From Octopus sinensis (taxonomy: Eukaryota): a DNA stretch of 64,000 nucleotides. A program made the translations under genes and the position numbers. Every line of letters starts with the position of its first letter. Positions within the stretch are counted from its first letter, which is position 1. The notes under the pieces were generated by a model, which was given only the letters and a program-made list of their open reading frames with translations, did no database searches and was not told the DNA's origin. Shown one piece after another: positions 12,813 to 26,830 of the stretch. The stretch covers positions 109,554,001-109,618,000 of the forward strand of contig NC_043002.1 of assembly GCF_006345805.1 (NCBI RefSeq), in the 5' to 3' direction.

Positions 12813-13199
12813 AGGAGTGGCTGTGTGGTAAGTAGCTTGCTAACAAACCACATAGTTCCGGGTTCAGTCCCACTGCGTGGCATCTTGGGCAAGTGTCTTC
12901 TGCTATGGCCCCGGGCCGACCAATGCCTTGTGAGTGGATTTGGTAGACGGAAACTGAAAGAAGCCTGTCGTATATATGTATATATATATGTGTGTGTCTG
13001 TGTTTGTCCCCCTAGCATTGCTTGACAACCGATGCTGGTGTGTTTACGTCCCCGTCACTTAGCGGTTCGGCAAAAGAGACCGATAGAATAAGTACTGGGC
13101 TTACAAAGAATAAGTCCCGGGGTCGATTTGCTCGACTAAAGGCGGTGCTCCAGCATGGCCGCAGTCAAATGACTGAAACAAGTAAAAGAGAGAAAGAGT
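12813..13199 (+). mobile_element. SINE family B
   Basis: Full-length match to the other copies. Confidence 0.9.
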
Positions 13200-13289
13200 A
13201 TACATCCTGATTATTTGATCAAAATATTATAAATACTGATATTTGCATAATAAGGATGGAATTGGGGAAACTTAAATTAAAAATCAATA

Positions 13290-13640
13290 TCTATAAATCT
13301 GAAATGCGAAAAGTTTGTTTGTCTGGTTTTGGCATTGGAACGGTTTAAAGGGCACTAGATCCCGTCGGATTGACTCCAAAATTTACAGGGGCATGTAAAA
13401 TGAGGTGAGAATGTCAGTGGACTAGCTTAGAAATCTCTATCTTAAAAAGTGTGGTGACTAGGGCAAAAAACGCACACTTTGACAAGTCTACTCTCATTCT
13501 CTTATCTGCATGTCTTCCTCTGTCTCTCTCTATTTCCTCCCTTCCCATCACTTTCTATAACGACGTTTGACAAATACTACTATCTTTCCCCGCCGCCTTC
13601 GCCAGCGCTGTCACTCTTTCCCTCATCACCTCCCTTTCTT
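13290..13640 (+). mobile_element. Helitron-like non-autonomous element, 5' part
   Basis: A|TCTATAAATC start; reverse-complement copy at about 29640-29975; 3' end not found. Confidence 0.55.
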
Positions 13641-14760
13641 AAACAGACGGAATAAGATCGACGCTATCAACACCTGGGTGGTTTCACTATTTAGATATGG
13701 ACGAGAGATAATCGCATGGACAGTAGACGAACTAAACAGTTTAGATAGAAAGACAAGGAAGTTGCTGACTAGATATGGGATACTTCACCCCAAAGTGACA
13801 CAGACAGACTGTATGTACCAAGAAAAAGAGGGGTACGAGGACTGATTGGATGCGAACACAGCGTCAGAGCAGAAGAAAACAACATAGCATGGTATGCAAA
13901 AAATTCCACAGAACCACTATTATTGGAAGTAAGAAGTTCAAGCTTGTGTAGGATGGAAGGTTGCAAAGATAAAGCATTGTAGAAGCACTTGAGAATGAAT
14001 GAAACTGAAAATAGGTGGGTAAAGAAAAGAATGCATGGACAATTTCATAGGGATGTTGAAGATAAGACAGAAAGAGAAAAAGGATGGCAATGGATGACTA
14101 AAAGTGATTTAAAACTGGAAACGGAGGCTCTAATCAGTGCTGCCTAAGAGCAAGTATTAAGAACCAATTGCATCAAATACAGAATAGACAACACATCAGA
14201 AAGTGATAAGTGCAGAATTTGTGGACAAAATGGTGAAACTGTATGGTGTATTACCAGTGAATGTACGCCACTAGCCCAGAAAGAATATAAGAGACGTCAT
14301 GATAATATAACAACGATTGTCCATTGGACCCTATGCAACAGGTTTGGACTTGACAGAGCAAAAAAGTGGTATGAACATAAACCGAAAAGGCATCACCGAA
14401 AAGGATAATGCAAAGATCCTATGGGATTTTATGATTCAGTGCGACCATGAAATAGAGAATAGGAAGCCAGGCATAGTGTTAATTGGAAAAGAAAGCAAAC
14501 GATGCTGGATCATAGATATAGCATGCCCAGGTGACAACAAGGTATGCGATAAGGAAGAAAGAAAAGTCGATAGATATAAAAGGTTAGCTTGGGAAGTTAA
14601 GCAGTTATGGTCGATGAAAAAGGTAGCAGTAGTGCCAATAATTGTTGGAGCCCTGGGAACAGTGAGCAAAAATCTTGAATACATGGAACAAATAGGGGCT
14701 GCAATAAGGGTGGAGCACTCCGGATGTTGCTCGAAAAATAAGGGGTGTTACCTTAGTGAA
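13640..14760 (+). mobile_element. R4-like retrotransposon 3' fragment (second subfamily)
   Basis: AINTWVVSLFRY, LHPK, CRICGQNGETV, RRHD, ILWDF and IIDIACP remnants with stops. Confidence 0.85.
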
Positions 14761-14852
14761 CAGCTGACACTGTAGTACATCTCCAGCGTTAGAAGCTGTG
14801 CAAAGACAATAAATAATAATAATAATAATATAATAATAATAATAATAATAAT

Positions 14853-15052
14853 GCATAACAAAAACACCAGGACTTACAAATGTATATATAACATGCAGAA
14901 AATTGCACTACTGGGCACTGCACACATCGTACGCAAAACACTCTCAATACAGTAACCATAAGAGCATCACAACAAACCACAGCACATGCCCAAGGCACGC
15001 AGAGCTGCGCTCGGTAGTGAAGTGAAAGCACGATATAAAAATAAAACTACTG
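14853..15052 (+). mobile_element. Short 3' end of the main R4/Dong family flanked by (TAA)n
   Basis: Matches 9410-9583; TAA tracts at 14810-14852 and 15053-15210. Confidence 0.85.
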
Positions 15053-15077
15053 AATAATAATAATAATAATAATAATG

Positions 15078-15201
<124 letters not shown>

Positions 15202-16232
15202 TATAAATAATGATGATGATGGTGATGATGATGATGGTTTCAAATTTTGGCATAAAGGCTTAGCGGTATTTTATCCACCTTTACGTTCTGAGTTCAAATT
15301 CCGCTGAGGTTAAGTTCGCTTCTATTGCATAATAGAATATTGAAGCCAAAGAAGGACGGTTACCTTCATGGATTATTCTCTAGTTTAGTTCATAATAGAG
15401 TGTATCAGAAGATTAAAGTCTTTCATAGCAAAACACAATAGGATCAGGTGTAGAGTCACATGGAATTCATAACAAATAGAATACCGCTGCATTAGGAAAT
15501 TCTCAACGACTAGAATATTGTGTGGCCTATTCTAAACTGTTACTGCTTACAATTGCACTTTGGTCTCAGCCTCCTACGTGAATAAGACACATGATTTAAC
15601 TGCTGAATTAGACAGAAAATTAAAATTCCTGATACATCTTAAGGTCTTCCTTTCATCCTACATTACAAGGCTTGATGTAAGGTAGGGTGCCTATCTCGGT
15701 TTTCATTTCCAACGGATACTCATGAACGAAAAAGAAGTTTTAACGGAAAGCAAGGCTGGTTCATAGAGTATGAATTAAAGTCTGACATTTAATATGAATA
15801 AAATCATAAACAATCTAATATCTATTCTTACGAGACCAATGCAGAACAGATACTAAACGACATCAGTTTGTCGTATCCCGAATGCAACATCAACAGAAAA
15901 CATGTACCCATAAAATGATAGAGGGTGACATGTAAACCGATTAATTCTTGTATAGAAAACCACCACGATTTGATGAAATAACACATGAGTAACAAAATAA
16001 ACTAAAAGAGGTTTTATTTTATAAAGTGGGGAGGATAAGTTGACCGAATATGATAGGAAACTGCAAATAGAACGAGACAAAACAAATGCGAAGGACTGTG
16101 TGAAATAGTCCTGGAAGGAGGACGACTATCTCGAGTAGTTCAGGGAACACAACGATTCCGGATAATCTAATGATCAAGCATAAATGCCCTCTCACAGTTG
16201 TGGTCTCCGGCCTACACTCATATTTTCGAAGT

Positions 16233-16604
16233 GTGTGGAAGCACTCCGTCGGTTACGACGATGAGGGTTCCGGTTGATCCGATCAGCGGAACAGCCTGCT
16301 CGTGAAATTAACGTGTAAGTGGCTGAGCACTCCACAGACACGTGTACCCTTAACGTAGTTCTCGGGGATATTCAGCGTGACAAGGCCGGCCCTTTGAAAT
16401 ACAGGTACAACAGAAACAGGAAGTAAGAGTGAGAGAAAGTTGTGGTGAAAGAGTACAGCAGGGATCACCACCATCCCTGCTGGAGCCTCGTGGAGCTTTA
16501 GGTGTTTTCGTTCAATAAACACTCACAACGCCCGGTCTGGGAATCGAAACCGCGATCCTACGACCGCGAGTCCGCTGTCCTAACCACTGGGCCATTGCGC
16601 CTCC
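16233..16604 (-). mobile_element. SINE family D with 11-bp TSD
   Basis: TSD ATTTTCGAAGT at 16222-16232 and 16605-16615; near-identical to 63084-63472. Confidence 0.9.
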
Positions 16605-17363
16605 ATTTTCGAAGTATCACACATCATAAGGAATAATGATGACAACTGGGCTTTGTTTGATTAAAATTAAAATTCAAGTGTAGAAATCAATCGAAAATGC
16701 TATCAGTCAACTGGATTTTAGGTTTGCAACGTCGTAGCAGACGACTTTAACTGTAAGGAATATTCAAATAGGGGATTGTGAGTCAGTAGCTCCCCTTTCT
16801 GAACAAGAAGGAGATAAGCATGGCGACTGAAATCAGCTGTTGTTGGCAAGAATCCGCAGGTGGGACCCTTCCAAAGAACAAGACCAATTTAGTCCTTGCT
16901 ACCCCACTCAGGTGATGAAGTGTACAGGCTTAAGGGGCGAAATGCTTGCGAGCCTGAGGTACTTGTTGATGAAATACAAGGATTTCCGATATTGCGATGA
17001 ATCCAAAAGGAGGATGTGTCTGGGTAGATCCTGAGGTTTCTGTTTGGGACAAAGCATCACCGATGCGTATCTCACCCGACAATGAGAATGGAGTCTGGTA
17101 GTGAGTAGTAAAGGCAGTGGAGATGTAAGGCGGAGACAATGGCAGAGCATTTAAAGCAGAGGGAATCTTAAGGCAGCGAAGTTCGGCGAGTAGCGAAGAC
17201 GGTGGACAAGCAAAGGCATCGGTTGTGTTTTCCCGCCGGAAATTTAGCGGCTGTTAAACGTCTAAAAAGATAAGGATTTGCGTAAATACGCGGTATTTGT
17301 GTGGGAAGGAAGGAAGGAAGAGACGAATGATGTTTATGGCTGACAATTAATTAAAGCTGTGAA

Positions 17364-17383
17364 GCCACAGTAGAGGGCGCTGG
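17364..17383 (+). promoter_or_regulatory. CTCF-like motif
   Basis: GCCACAGTAGAGGGCGCTGG resembles the CCAGYAGRGGGCGC core by eye; not scored. Confidence 0.4.
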
Positions 17384-17681
17384 TGGTGAAAGTTGGCCGG
17401 TGGTGAAGACACCACAAGACAGCGTTCTTACGACAGCGATTCACTAATGTCACCTCTGCCAGCGCCTCTCTCGCTTTCTCTCACTTCCACCACTGTCTCT
17501 ATAGAGTTGTGCGTGCGTGTGTGTGCGTGTGTGTATGCGCGTGTGTGTATGCGTGTGTGTGTGTGGTGTGTGTGTGTGCGTATATAAAGAGTATATGATT
17601 GTGTAAGCGATTGTGTATGTATAGATATTTACATTTATGCGTATGTATATGAGTGCGCGTGTGTGAATATGTGTGTATGTA

Positions 17682-17682
<1 letters not shown>

Positions 17683-17762
<80 letters not shown>

Positions 17763-17792
17763 CTATCTATCTATCTATATCTGTCTATCTAT

Positions 17793-17890
<98 letters not shown>

Positions 17891-17956
17891 CTATCTATCT
17901 ATCTATCTCTATCTATCTATCTATCTATCTTCTATCTATCTATCTGTCTATCTATC

Positions 17957-18022
<66 letters not shown>

Positions 18023-18052
18023 CTATCTATCTATCTATATCTGTCTATCTAT

Positions 18053-18119
<67 letters not shown>

Positions 18120-18139
18120 CCTTTCTACCTATCTATCTT

Positions 18140-18210
<71 letters not shown>
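17683..18210 (+). repeat. (TATC)n tetranucleotide array
   Basis: Seen directly; the interruption pattern at 17761-17800 recurs at 18021-18060. Confidence 0.95.
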
Positions 18211-18212
<2 letters not shown>

Positions 18213-18502
18213 ATGCGTGTGTGTGTGTGCGTGTATGTATGTCTAAGCATCTTCATACATCATATATATATAAATACATGTTGAAATATGCGCACTCATA
18301 CGCACACGCACACACACACACACACACACTTATTCAACGACACATGCACATACACATGCAATCCAAAATTTCACCTCTCTCTTTCTCCAGTCTTCTCTTA
18401 CTCATCATTCCCTTCCCCTCTCTCTTAATCCATCTCACTGTCTCTCTCTCTCTCTCTCTCTCTCTCTGCCCACCTGTCTGTCTGTCTGTCTCTCTCTCTC
18501 TT

Positions 18503-18519
<17 letters not shown>

Positions 18520-18542
<23 letters not shown>

Positions 18543-18952
18543 CGTGTGTGTGTGTATACTTATATTTGTATATACGTATATATATATATATATAAATATA
18601 CGTATATACAAATATAAGTATATAAGATGTATGTATATTTATGGGTGTGTTTATGTGTAGAATATTGAATCACGATCTTTCACTTATTCACTTATCTCTT
18701 TTCTTCTTCTTCTTCTTCTCTTCTTCTTCTTCTCTTCTTCTTCTTCTCTTCTTCTTCTTCTTCTTCTTCTTCTCTTTCTTTCTTCACCCCCCCCCCCTTC
18801 ACCCTTTTCCTCACTCACTGCTATCTTACACTCCGCCTCCGCCTCCTCCTCCTCCTCCTCCTCCCAACCCCCGTCATAATAATCCTGAAACTGCTCAGTC
18901 TCACTTCTCTCTCCTTCCCAAACCCTCCCCACTCACTCACTCACTCACTCAC

Positions 18953-18993
<41 letters not shown>

Positions 18994-19060
18994 TACACTC
19001 ACTGACACCACCCCCCGTTCTATGCACGCACCCGAAATATCTTCCCCTCCATCTCCTACC

Positions 19061-19111
<51 letters not shown>

Positions 19112-19401
19112 CTCTGTCTCTCTCTGTCTCTCTCTCTCTCTCTCTCTGAAACTCACACCCCTACCCCGCCCCTTGTGTCTCCTCCACCCACCATCGCTAT
19201 CTCCACCCTCCACCCCGCCCTCAGCCAATTAAAGCGGTACGCTGCTCCAACTCTGGAGAAGAGATCGTCTGAAAAGGACTGTTTAATTGTCCTTCACCAT
19301 TGTGGACGGTGCCGGATGCTGGGTGGTGCCGTGTTCGGCTTCAAAGATGAAAAGATGGGGGGAAGAGCGCGCATGATGAGAGAGAAGATGAGGCTGATGA
19401 T

Positions 19402-19447
<46 letters not shown>

Positions 19448-19613
19448 TGGGAGATAGAAAACTCGCTCAAGAACTCAACTCGTTGCTAGGAGACGTGACA
19501 TCAACTGCTAAACTAATGGAATTGTCAGGAATAGAAAAGCACTTCATGTGTGTGTGTGTGTGTGTGTGTGCGTGTGTGCGTGTGTGTGTGTGTATACTTA
19601 TATTTGTATATAC

Positions 19614-19650
<37 letters not shown>

Positions 19651-19994
19651 TACGTATATACAAATATAAGTATATAAGATGTATGTATATTTATGGGTGT
19701 GTTTATGTGTAGAATATTGAATCACGATCTTTCACTTATTCACTTATCTCTTTTCTTCTTCTTCTTCTTCTTCTTCTTCTTCTTCTTCTTCTTCTTCTTC
19801 TCTTCTTCTTCTTCTTCTTCTTCTCTTTCTTTCTTCAACCCCCCCCCTTCACCCTTTTCCTCACTCACTGCTATCTTACACTCCGCCTCCGCCTCCTCCT
19901 CCTCCTCCTCCTCCCCAACCCCCGTCATAATAATCCTGAAACTGCTCAGTCTCACTTCTCTCTCCTTCCCAAACCCTCCCCACTCACTCACTCA

Positions 19995-20045
<51 letters not shown>

Positions 20046-20113
20046 TACACTCACTGACACCACCCCCCGTTCTATGCACGCACCCGAAATATCTTTCCCC
20101 TCCATCTCCTACC

Positions 20114-20155
<42 letters not shown>

Positions 20156-20440
20156 GTCTCTCTCTGTCTCTCTCTCTCTCTCTCTGAAACTCACACCCCT
20201 ACCCCGCCCCTTGTGTCTCCTCCACCCACCATCGCTATCTCCACCCTCCACCCCGCCCTCAGCCAATTAAAGCGGTACGCTGCTCCAACTCTGGAGAAGA
20301 GATCGTCTGAAAAGGACTGTTTAATTGTCCTTCACCATTGTGGACGGTGCCGGATGCTGGGTGGTGCCGTGTTCGGCTTCAAAGATGAAAAAGATGGGGG
20401 GAAGAGCGCGCATGATGAGAGAGAAGATGAGGCTGATGAT

Positions 20441-20484
<44 letters not shown>

Positions 20485-20581
20485 TGGGAGATAGAAAACT
20501 CGCTCAAGAACTCAACTCGTTGCTAGGAGACGTGACATCAACTGCTAAACTAATGGAATTGTCAGGAATAGAAAAGCACTT

Positions 20582-20600
<19 letters not shown>
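18520..20600 (+). repeat. Tandem duplication of a ~1.04-kb unit
   Basis: Anchors ATGGGAGATAGAAAAC at 19447 and 20484; GTATACTTATATTTG at 18554 and 19592. Confidence 0.9.
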
Positions 20601-20616
<16 letters not shown>

Positions 20617-20650
20617 TGTGTGTATATGTTTGTGTGTTTGTGTGTAAATT

Positions 20651-20686
<36 letters not shown>

Positions 20687-20962
20687 CATACACGGAGATG
20701 TCTATAGGTATAAGCACACACACACAAACACACACAAACACACACACACACATACACGTAGATTATAAGTCTTCTTACACATACACTTGTGTGTGCATAT
20801 AACATAAATATTTATGCGTGTATATAAATAATTAAACTTATATATATATTTGTATATATGTATATATATGTGTTTGTGTGTGTGTGTGTGTATACATACA
20901 TATTTACACATTATGTATATGCATATGTATATATACACATATGTAAAAACATCTGTGTAAAT

Positions 20963-21006
<44 letters not shown>

Positions 21007-21324
21007 TATAATTATACATGTTTGTATGTATGCGTGAGCTCTGATGCGCTTGCCTGTAGAATGGATTTCCGGAGGCCTCCTCCAATGGAGAGAAGCTTCC
21101 AGTTATTCTGTCTCCTTTGCTGCTGGATCTCTCTTCTCCTCTCCAATAGTGTGATGATGGGACATGCATTCCGCAACGCCACCATAAAAGCACCACAGTG
21201 AAGGAATTTAATCCTGGAATACAAAAATCGAGGATCTTTGAAATTTGGTGGTGCTAAGAGAAGGCCTGGAGGTGCAGTGGTCTTCTAAGTCAGAGTTCAG
21301 AAGTCATCGTGAGAAGGCAACGGT

Positions 21325-21538
21325 TACTCTTTTACTTGTTTCAGTCATTTGACTGCGGCCATGCTGGAGCACCGCCTTTAGTCGAGCAAATCGACCCCAG
21401 GACTTATTCTTTGTAAGCCTAGTACTTATTCTATCGGTCTCTTTTGCCGAACCGCTAAGTTACGGGGACGTAAACGCATCAGCATTGGTTGTCAAGCGCT
21501 GTTGGGGGACAAACACAGACACACAAACACACACACAC

Positions 21539-21583
<45 letters not shown>

Positions 21584-21778
21584 ACACACACACATATATA
21601 TATATACATAAATACGACGGGCTTCTTTCAGTTTCCGTCTACCAAATCCACTCACAAGGCTTTGGTCGGCCCGAGGCTATAGCAGAAGATACTTGCCCAA
21701 GGTGCCACGCAGTGGGACTGAACCCGAAACCCTGTGATTGGTAAGCAAGCTACTTACCACACAGCCACTCCTACGCCT
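21325..21778 (-). mobile_element. SINE family B
   Basis: Full-length reverse match. Confidence 0.9.
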
Positions 21779-22453
21779 ATCGATGATGTTAGCGATTGTT
21801 TTAAGGCTCTGAGCGAGTGAGCGTCTTAGTCTCATCTTGTTTGGTGAGAACAATCAGTCGGTTCCTGGAGTGTAGGGGAAATGTGTGTGGTTCTGTTTTT
21901 CTTTCGAACCCAGAAAAATATAAAGTGGGTTGCAAAAGCTGGAAAAATCCAGATGTTAGAACGATTTTTATGATGCCTTAAAGACTCTTGGACCCAGGAA
22001 TTGCTCCCTAAGTATCAATAGACGCATTTCTAGTGAAAGACTAGTTAGAAACAGTGTAGAGGTCGAGTGAACTCTTCAACCTGTTCCAAAAGCAAACCAA
22101 ATTAGTGAACCCAGGATTGTTGGAGAAATTTTGTGTAATTCGTCAACCGTGAAAAGTCATCGACTTCGTAGAAGTTAGTGCTGCCATTTGAACATCGTAA
22201 AACACGAAATCTGGGTAAAGATCTTATATGATCTTTATCACCTCATCGCAGAGGCATGGTACCATGGGTCAACATCGCAACACTGGAAAGAGACAAGCAT
22301 CAATACCATATAAAATAGTGATTGTCAGCTTTTTGTGGCCCAGCGTCTCTTTTATCCAATAGCGTTTTACAAATGCCTCCTCTCATATTTTGCAAAAAAA
22401 GAAAATGGCGTACAGTAGATTATTTTAGTTAATAACCAGAAGCTAATGGAGCA

Positions 22454-22790
22454 TCATCATCATCATCATTGTTCGACCGTGGTCGAGACAATGGAATTTA
22501 CCATGCTACGCCAGACTTCACGGTCCATCATGGCATTACGGAGGTCCTGTTGCTGGATGCCTGTATCCCTGGAGATTACATCAAGGTAGGAGAGTGTGCG
22601 CCCTCTGGTATTGCGAGTAGATGGCTTCCAGAGGAGAAGAGTAGAAATTACTTCTTTTTCAGCTCTACAACAATGTCCAGCAAACTGGACTCTCTTACCT
22701 TTCACAAGAGATGACACAGGTGGTAGTTTCCCAAGAGATGACACAGGTGGTAGTTTCCCAATGGAGCAGAACTGTGTAATGTTTTTATTA
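22454..22790 (-). mobile_element. RTE-like LINE 3' end with (TGA)n tail
   Basis: ORF 22466-22744 (RVQFAGHCCR...LLLWKP...DREVWR) followed by TGA repeats. Confidence 0.8.
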
Positions 22791-23585
22791 CGTTTGGTTG
22801 TTTAAGCTTAAATACTGCAAAATAGGCTCAACAGGCCTTTTCTTTCCATTAAATCACATGATCCAGTGGTTTGCCAAACTAGTTGCATATATCCGTCGGT
22901 TACTAACTGTCCAACCGCATGTTTGCAATAGTTTATTTTCAACGCAGAAAAAAAGCCACTTTGTCTCTGGAGCCTACCCAAGGTTATAAAAACCTTTGTA
23001 TTCTGCCTCTCTTGATCTTTGGCAGCAACCATTGACCACGCACACCATGTCTCTTTGGACAAGCGTCGATGAACCAGAAACCCAGCTCGCCTCAGTTTTC
23101 TTCTACAAGCTTTATCTTGTCTTCATCATTACTGCTCCAGACTGCAGACCACAGCCACATCAACAGATCCAGCAAGACTGAAGTCATTTAAATCCTCGTA
23201 CCAGACTGTAATATAATTGGCATTTCTCTTTTGGCAATCCTATTTTATAGCGAGTGGAATAAATCGTCGCTTATTCAACTTTTCTAAATCTTATCGTTTA
23301 CTTCTTTTTTTTCCCTCCGCTAAACTAATTTTGCACAATACTATATCATTCATATTTTCTTACATTATACCATCCAATATATGCTTTCCGTTAGATATAT
23401 ATAGAGGGACTAGTACTACCATATCAAATATTTTTATAGAAATTACAGAAGAAGGTGAAATTACACTGAACATTGGCGCATCGTCAGTCATGTCGCTGGA
23501 CAATGTCCTTTTGCTATTCTATTCCCGACAATTAGTTTCTGAAAATGAATTTATAATATCTGTGGTATAATGAAGCTTGACGATA

Positions 23586-23986
23586 TCTTTATATATAAAA
23601 GAGAGGTTGTGTGCTGTCTGTCTCCTACGATTTAGATTCCTAATTACTCCCACATTTTGCGGTGCAGTTTAACCATAACCGGGTATCCTATAGTCGTGAT
23701 TCATATCGAGCCCTTCTGGGTATTAGCGCGCGTCTACGATGAGTCTACGATTTAAAAAATAATTTACCATCATTTTTTTCCATTTTTAATGCATTTTTTT
23801 TGCTATTATATAAGGGAAGTAACTCTCTAAAAATGTATTATTAAATCTCAGAACGTAAAAAGCTACAGTAACCCCCCCCCCTTTGTGGTTAGCCATATTG
23901 AGATGGCTATTATACTTTACATCTCTAAAAATGCTTATATAGTTATTTCCCTTACAAACCCGAGCAACGCCGGGCGATACTGCTAG
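23586..23986 (+). mobile_element. Non-autonomous Helitron
   Basis: A|TC 5' end, CCCG-N8-CGGG subterminal hairpin, CTAG|T 3' end. Confidence 0.85.
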
Positions 23987-25316
23987 TTGGTAAATAAATA
24001 GAAAGAAAATTCAGCCTGAGATAAGATATGACCGTTTTATTAGCAAAGCATACACAGTGATGGCCTCCAACTCCTAGAGAGTTCCCGTTATGGTAGGTGA
24101 CTGATGAAAGGATAACACCACAGTACCGGGTATAAACAATTCTGAGAAAATTCACAACTTTCGTAACCCATATACGCCCCTGTTTGCATTTTCGCAACGC
24201 AAAACCGGCTCCCGCTTGTTTGGACGAGTACCCGCCGGGAAGCATCTGATTGAACATAGGGAGGTAGTCAACACCTGTAGCTAACAGTTGCAGCCTGTCC
24301 TCCTTCTCTTCCAGATTGTGAAAGCTTACCATAACGTTTGATCTAATTACAGTGAAATTTTAAGACTTCATTTTTCTATGGGCATATATGGGTTAACACC
24401 CAGCGCCCTCTAGAACCCCTACCTCGACATTTGCTGTTACCTTATGAATTCATGACAGCCCCAAGGGGGTGGATTTACTATAACTGATGTTAAAACTACT
24501 GGCCAGCACTAATATGGGCAATAAATCTGCTTGTTTCTATAGTATGGTGTAACACTTCTGTCCATTGTTGGGAAGAACACAGTCATGGTCACGGTTGCCA
24601 TTAAGGTCAAGGTCGTGACATCGTAATGCAGCTTTCGTAAGGACTGAGGCAAAGCTGGTATCATCTCCGTTACAAGAAGGTTATATATATGTGTATGTAT
24701 ATATGTGTGTGCATGCGTGTGTGTAGGTATGTGTGTATATATACATATATATGTGTGTGTGTGTGCGCACACACATATTAGGTAGTGAATAGTGATTTTC
24801 TTCACTACTTCAGGGAGTGACGACCCTATCTGACACGAGGACCGGGCTCAGCTGGTTCCGGCTTACAGTACCCGGTATAGGCCCCTATCCAAGGTTGCGG
24901 AAAGGAGACAACCTTCAAAGAAATCCGGAGTGGAGCCCTGTAGACGGTTTAGTGTTCGACTCGACACTCTTCCGGCAGCTCTTGCAACCAAGCTGGTACC
25001 AAACGTAATTCTCTGCACTCCTTTGGACTACGTCGGCAAGGGCGAGAGAGGAATCCTGACGATTGGGCTACCCAGGATTTTCTTACATATAGCCCAGGCC
25101 TGCGCAAAACTTATGCACAACTCCATTGTCTCCCGAGACAAAAGGATGCTAACAACATATATATATATATATATTCTTTTATTCTTTTACTTATTTTTCT
25201 TTACTATTTTTGTTAGACGTTGCGAAACACTCTCTCCCTCACACACACACACGCACACATACATCAACACACAACTTCTGTCTCTCCCTCACACATACAC
25301 TTTCGCTTGGCTATGA

Positions 25317-25564
25317 CTAGAATGGACTTAACTCATGTTAGCAACCTTCAAAATCGGTAAAAGCTATGGCTGAAAATAGATTTTTACCGCTATCCGCGGG
25401 TGCCTCGGGGAAAAATTAGTTGACAAAACCCAGGTAGGATGTTGACGAATGTCCTCCTAAAATTGGAGCGACATGCGTGCTAATTTGAGGACGTGCATAA
25501 ATTACAATCACGTACACACACACACACACATACACACACACACCATGCTTTTTATAGATACAGA
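25317..25564 (-). mobile_element. Short Helitron-like element
   Basis: A|TC...CTAG|T termini on minus; hairpin weak. Confidence 0.5.
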
Positions 25565-25574
25565 TTAACAATAA

Positions 25575-26830
25575 CACAGAAGGACTTTATTTCTTAGATG
25601 CTCCAGGAGGTACTGGGAAGACATTTGTAATTAAACTCCTCCTGGCTAAAGTTCGTCAAAAAAAAAAAAAAAGCTTAGCTACTGCTACTTCTGGGATTAC
25701 AGCAACATTACTACCCGGAGGTCGGACTGCCCATTCAACATTCAATTTACTTTTATATTTATGTAGCAAGCAAGATCCAGTTTGTAATATATCTAAAGAT
25801 TCTGAAATGGGTGAACTAATACAAAGATGTCCCTTAATTGTCTGGGACGAATGTATCATGGCCCACATAAAAGCTTTTGAAGCTGTTGACAGAACATATA
25901 ATGAGACAGAAATTTTAATTCTATGATGGGAAATGTCACAGGAGATTTCCGACAAACACTACCAGTTATTCCGAGAGGAACAAAAGTGGATGAGCTCAAT
26001 GCTTCAATAAAGTCTTCTGTATTATGGCACCGTGTGAAAACACTTCAACTTTCGACAAATACGAGATCGAGGCTTTCAAGACATCAATCAGCTGAGCTAT
26101 TTGCAGAGCAGCTTTTGAAACTCGGTGAAGGTTGCAATTGGTGAAGAACAGTTTCTTACACTCAATCCAATATATAATTCAGCTGATTCCGTCGATGATT
26201 TGGTGAAAACTTTCCGAACCTTCTTCATAATTATAATAATCAGATTGGATCTGTGAGCGAGCTATCCTGGCTTCAAAAAATGTTGCTGAAAATAGCATTA
26301 ATAATATGTTATTGAATAAACTTCCGAGAAAAGTATTCAACTCAATTAACTCAATTAACAGTGTTGTTGATGATCAAGATAGTGTTAACTACCCCATCGA
26401 ATTTTTGAGTTCACAAGAACCATCAAGTACAGTTCCTCATTGTCTTCAGCTAAAAAAGGGGTCTCCTATGATGCTATTGCGTAATTCATCTCAACCAAAA
26501 TTACTCAATGGTACAAGATTAATTGTGCACAAACTTATGAGGAACTGCATTGAAGCAAATATTCTCACTGGTTGTGGTAAAGGTGAGACTGTCTTCATTC
26601 CTCACATACCTGTTATACCATCTAATGTCCCATTCCAATTTAAGTAGTTACAGTTTCCTATCCGAGTTTCTTTTGTCATGAGCATCAATAAAAGTCAGGG
26701 CCAAACACTAAAAATTGCTGGACTGCAACTTTAAAAAACCATGCTTTTCACATGGCCAACTTTATTTAAAGCCATTACGTGTGGCAGAAAAAGCAAATCC
26801 TTTTGCTTATGTACCCCGAAATAAAACGAA
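25575..26830 (+). mobile_element. Helitron RepHel Pif1-type helicase remnant (frameshifts/stops)
   Basis: DAPGGTGKT (Walker A), VWDEC, GDFRQTLPV, LLRN...NGTRL, SINKSQGQT and FSHGQLY motifs. Confidence 0.9.

Noticed and set aside
15360-16150. Possible Tc1/mariner remnant
   Set aside because: Only faint motif resemblance; no DDE/DDD triad or TIRs found.
16908-17150. Overlapping 64-80 aa ORFs as a coding exon
   Set aside because: No homology recognised and no convincing splice pair.
18641-19489. 282-aa ORF
   Set aside because: Mostly low-complexity; the frame is not preserved in the duplicate copy.
22940-23200. Decayed coding-like stretch on the minus strand
   Set aside because: Multiple stops, no identifiable family.
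23952-24332. 126-aa minus ORF
   Set aside because: Runs into a Helitron end; no recognisable domain.
25005-25095. Possible HDV-like ribozyme (hairpin AATCCTG...CAGGATT after GG)
   Set aside because: Could not assign P1, P2 or P3 consistently.
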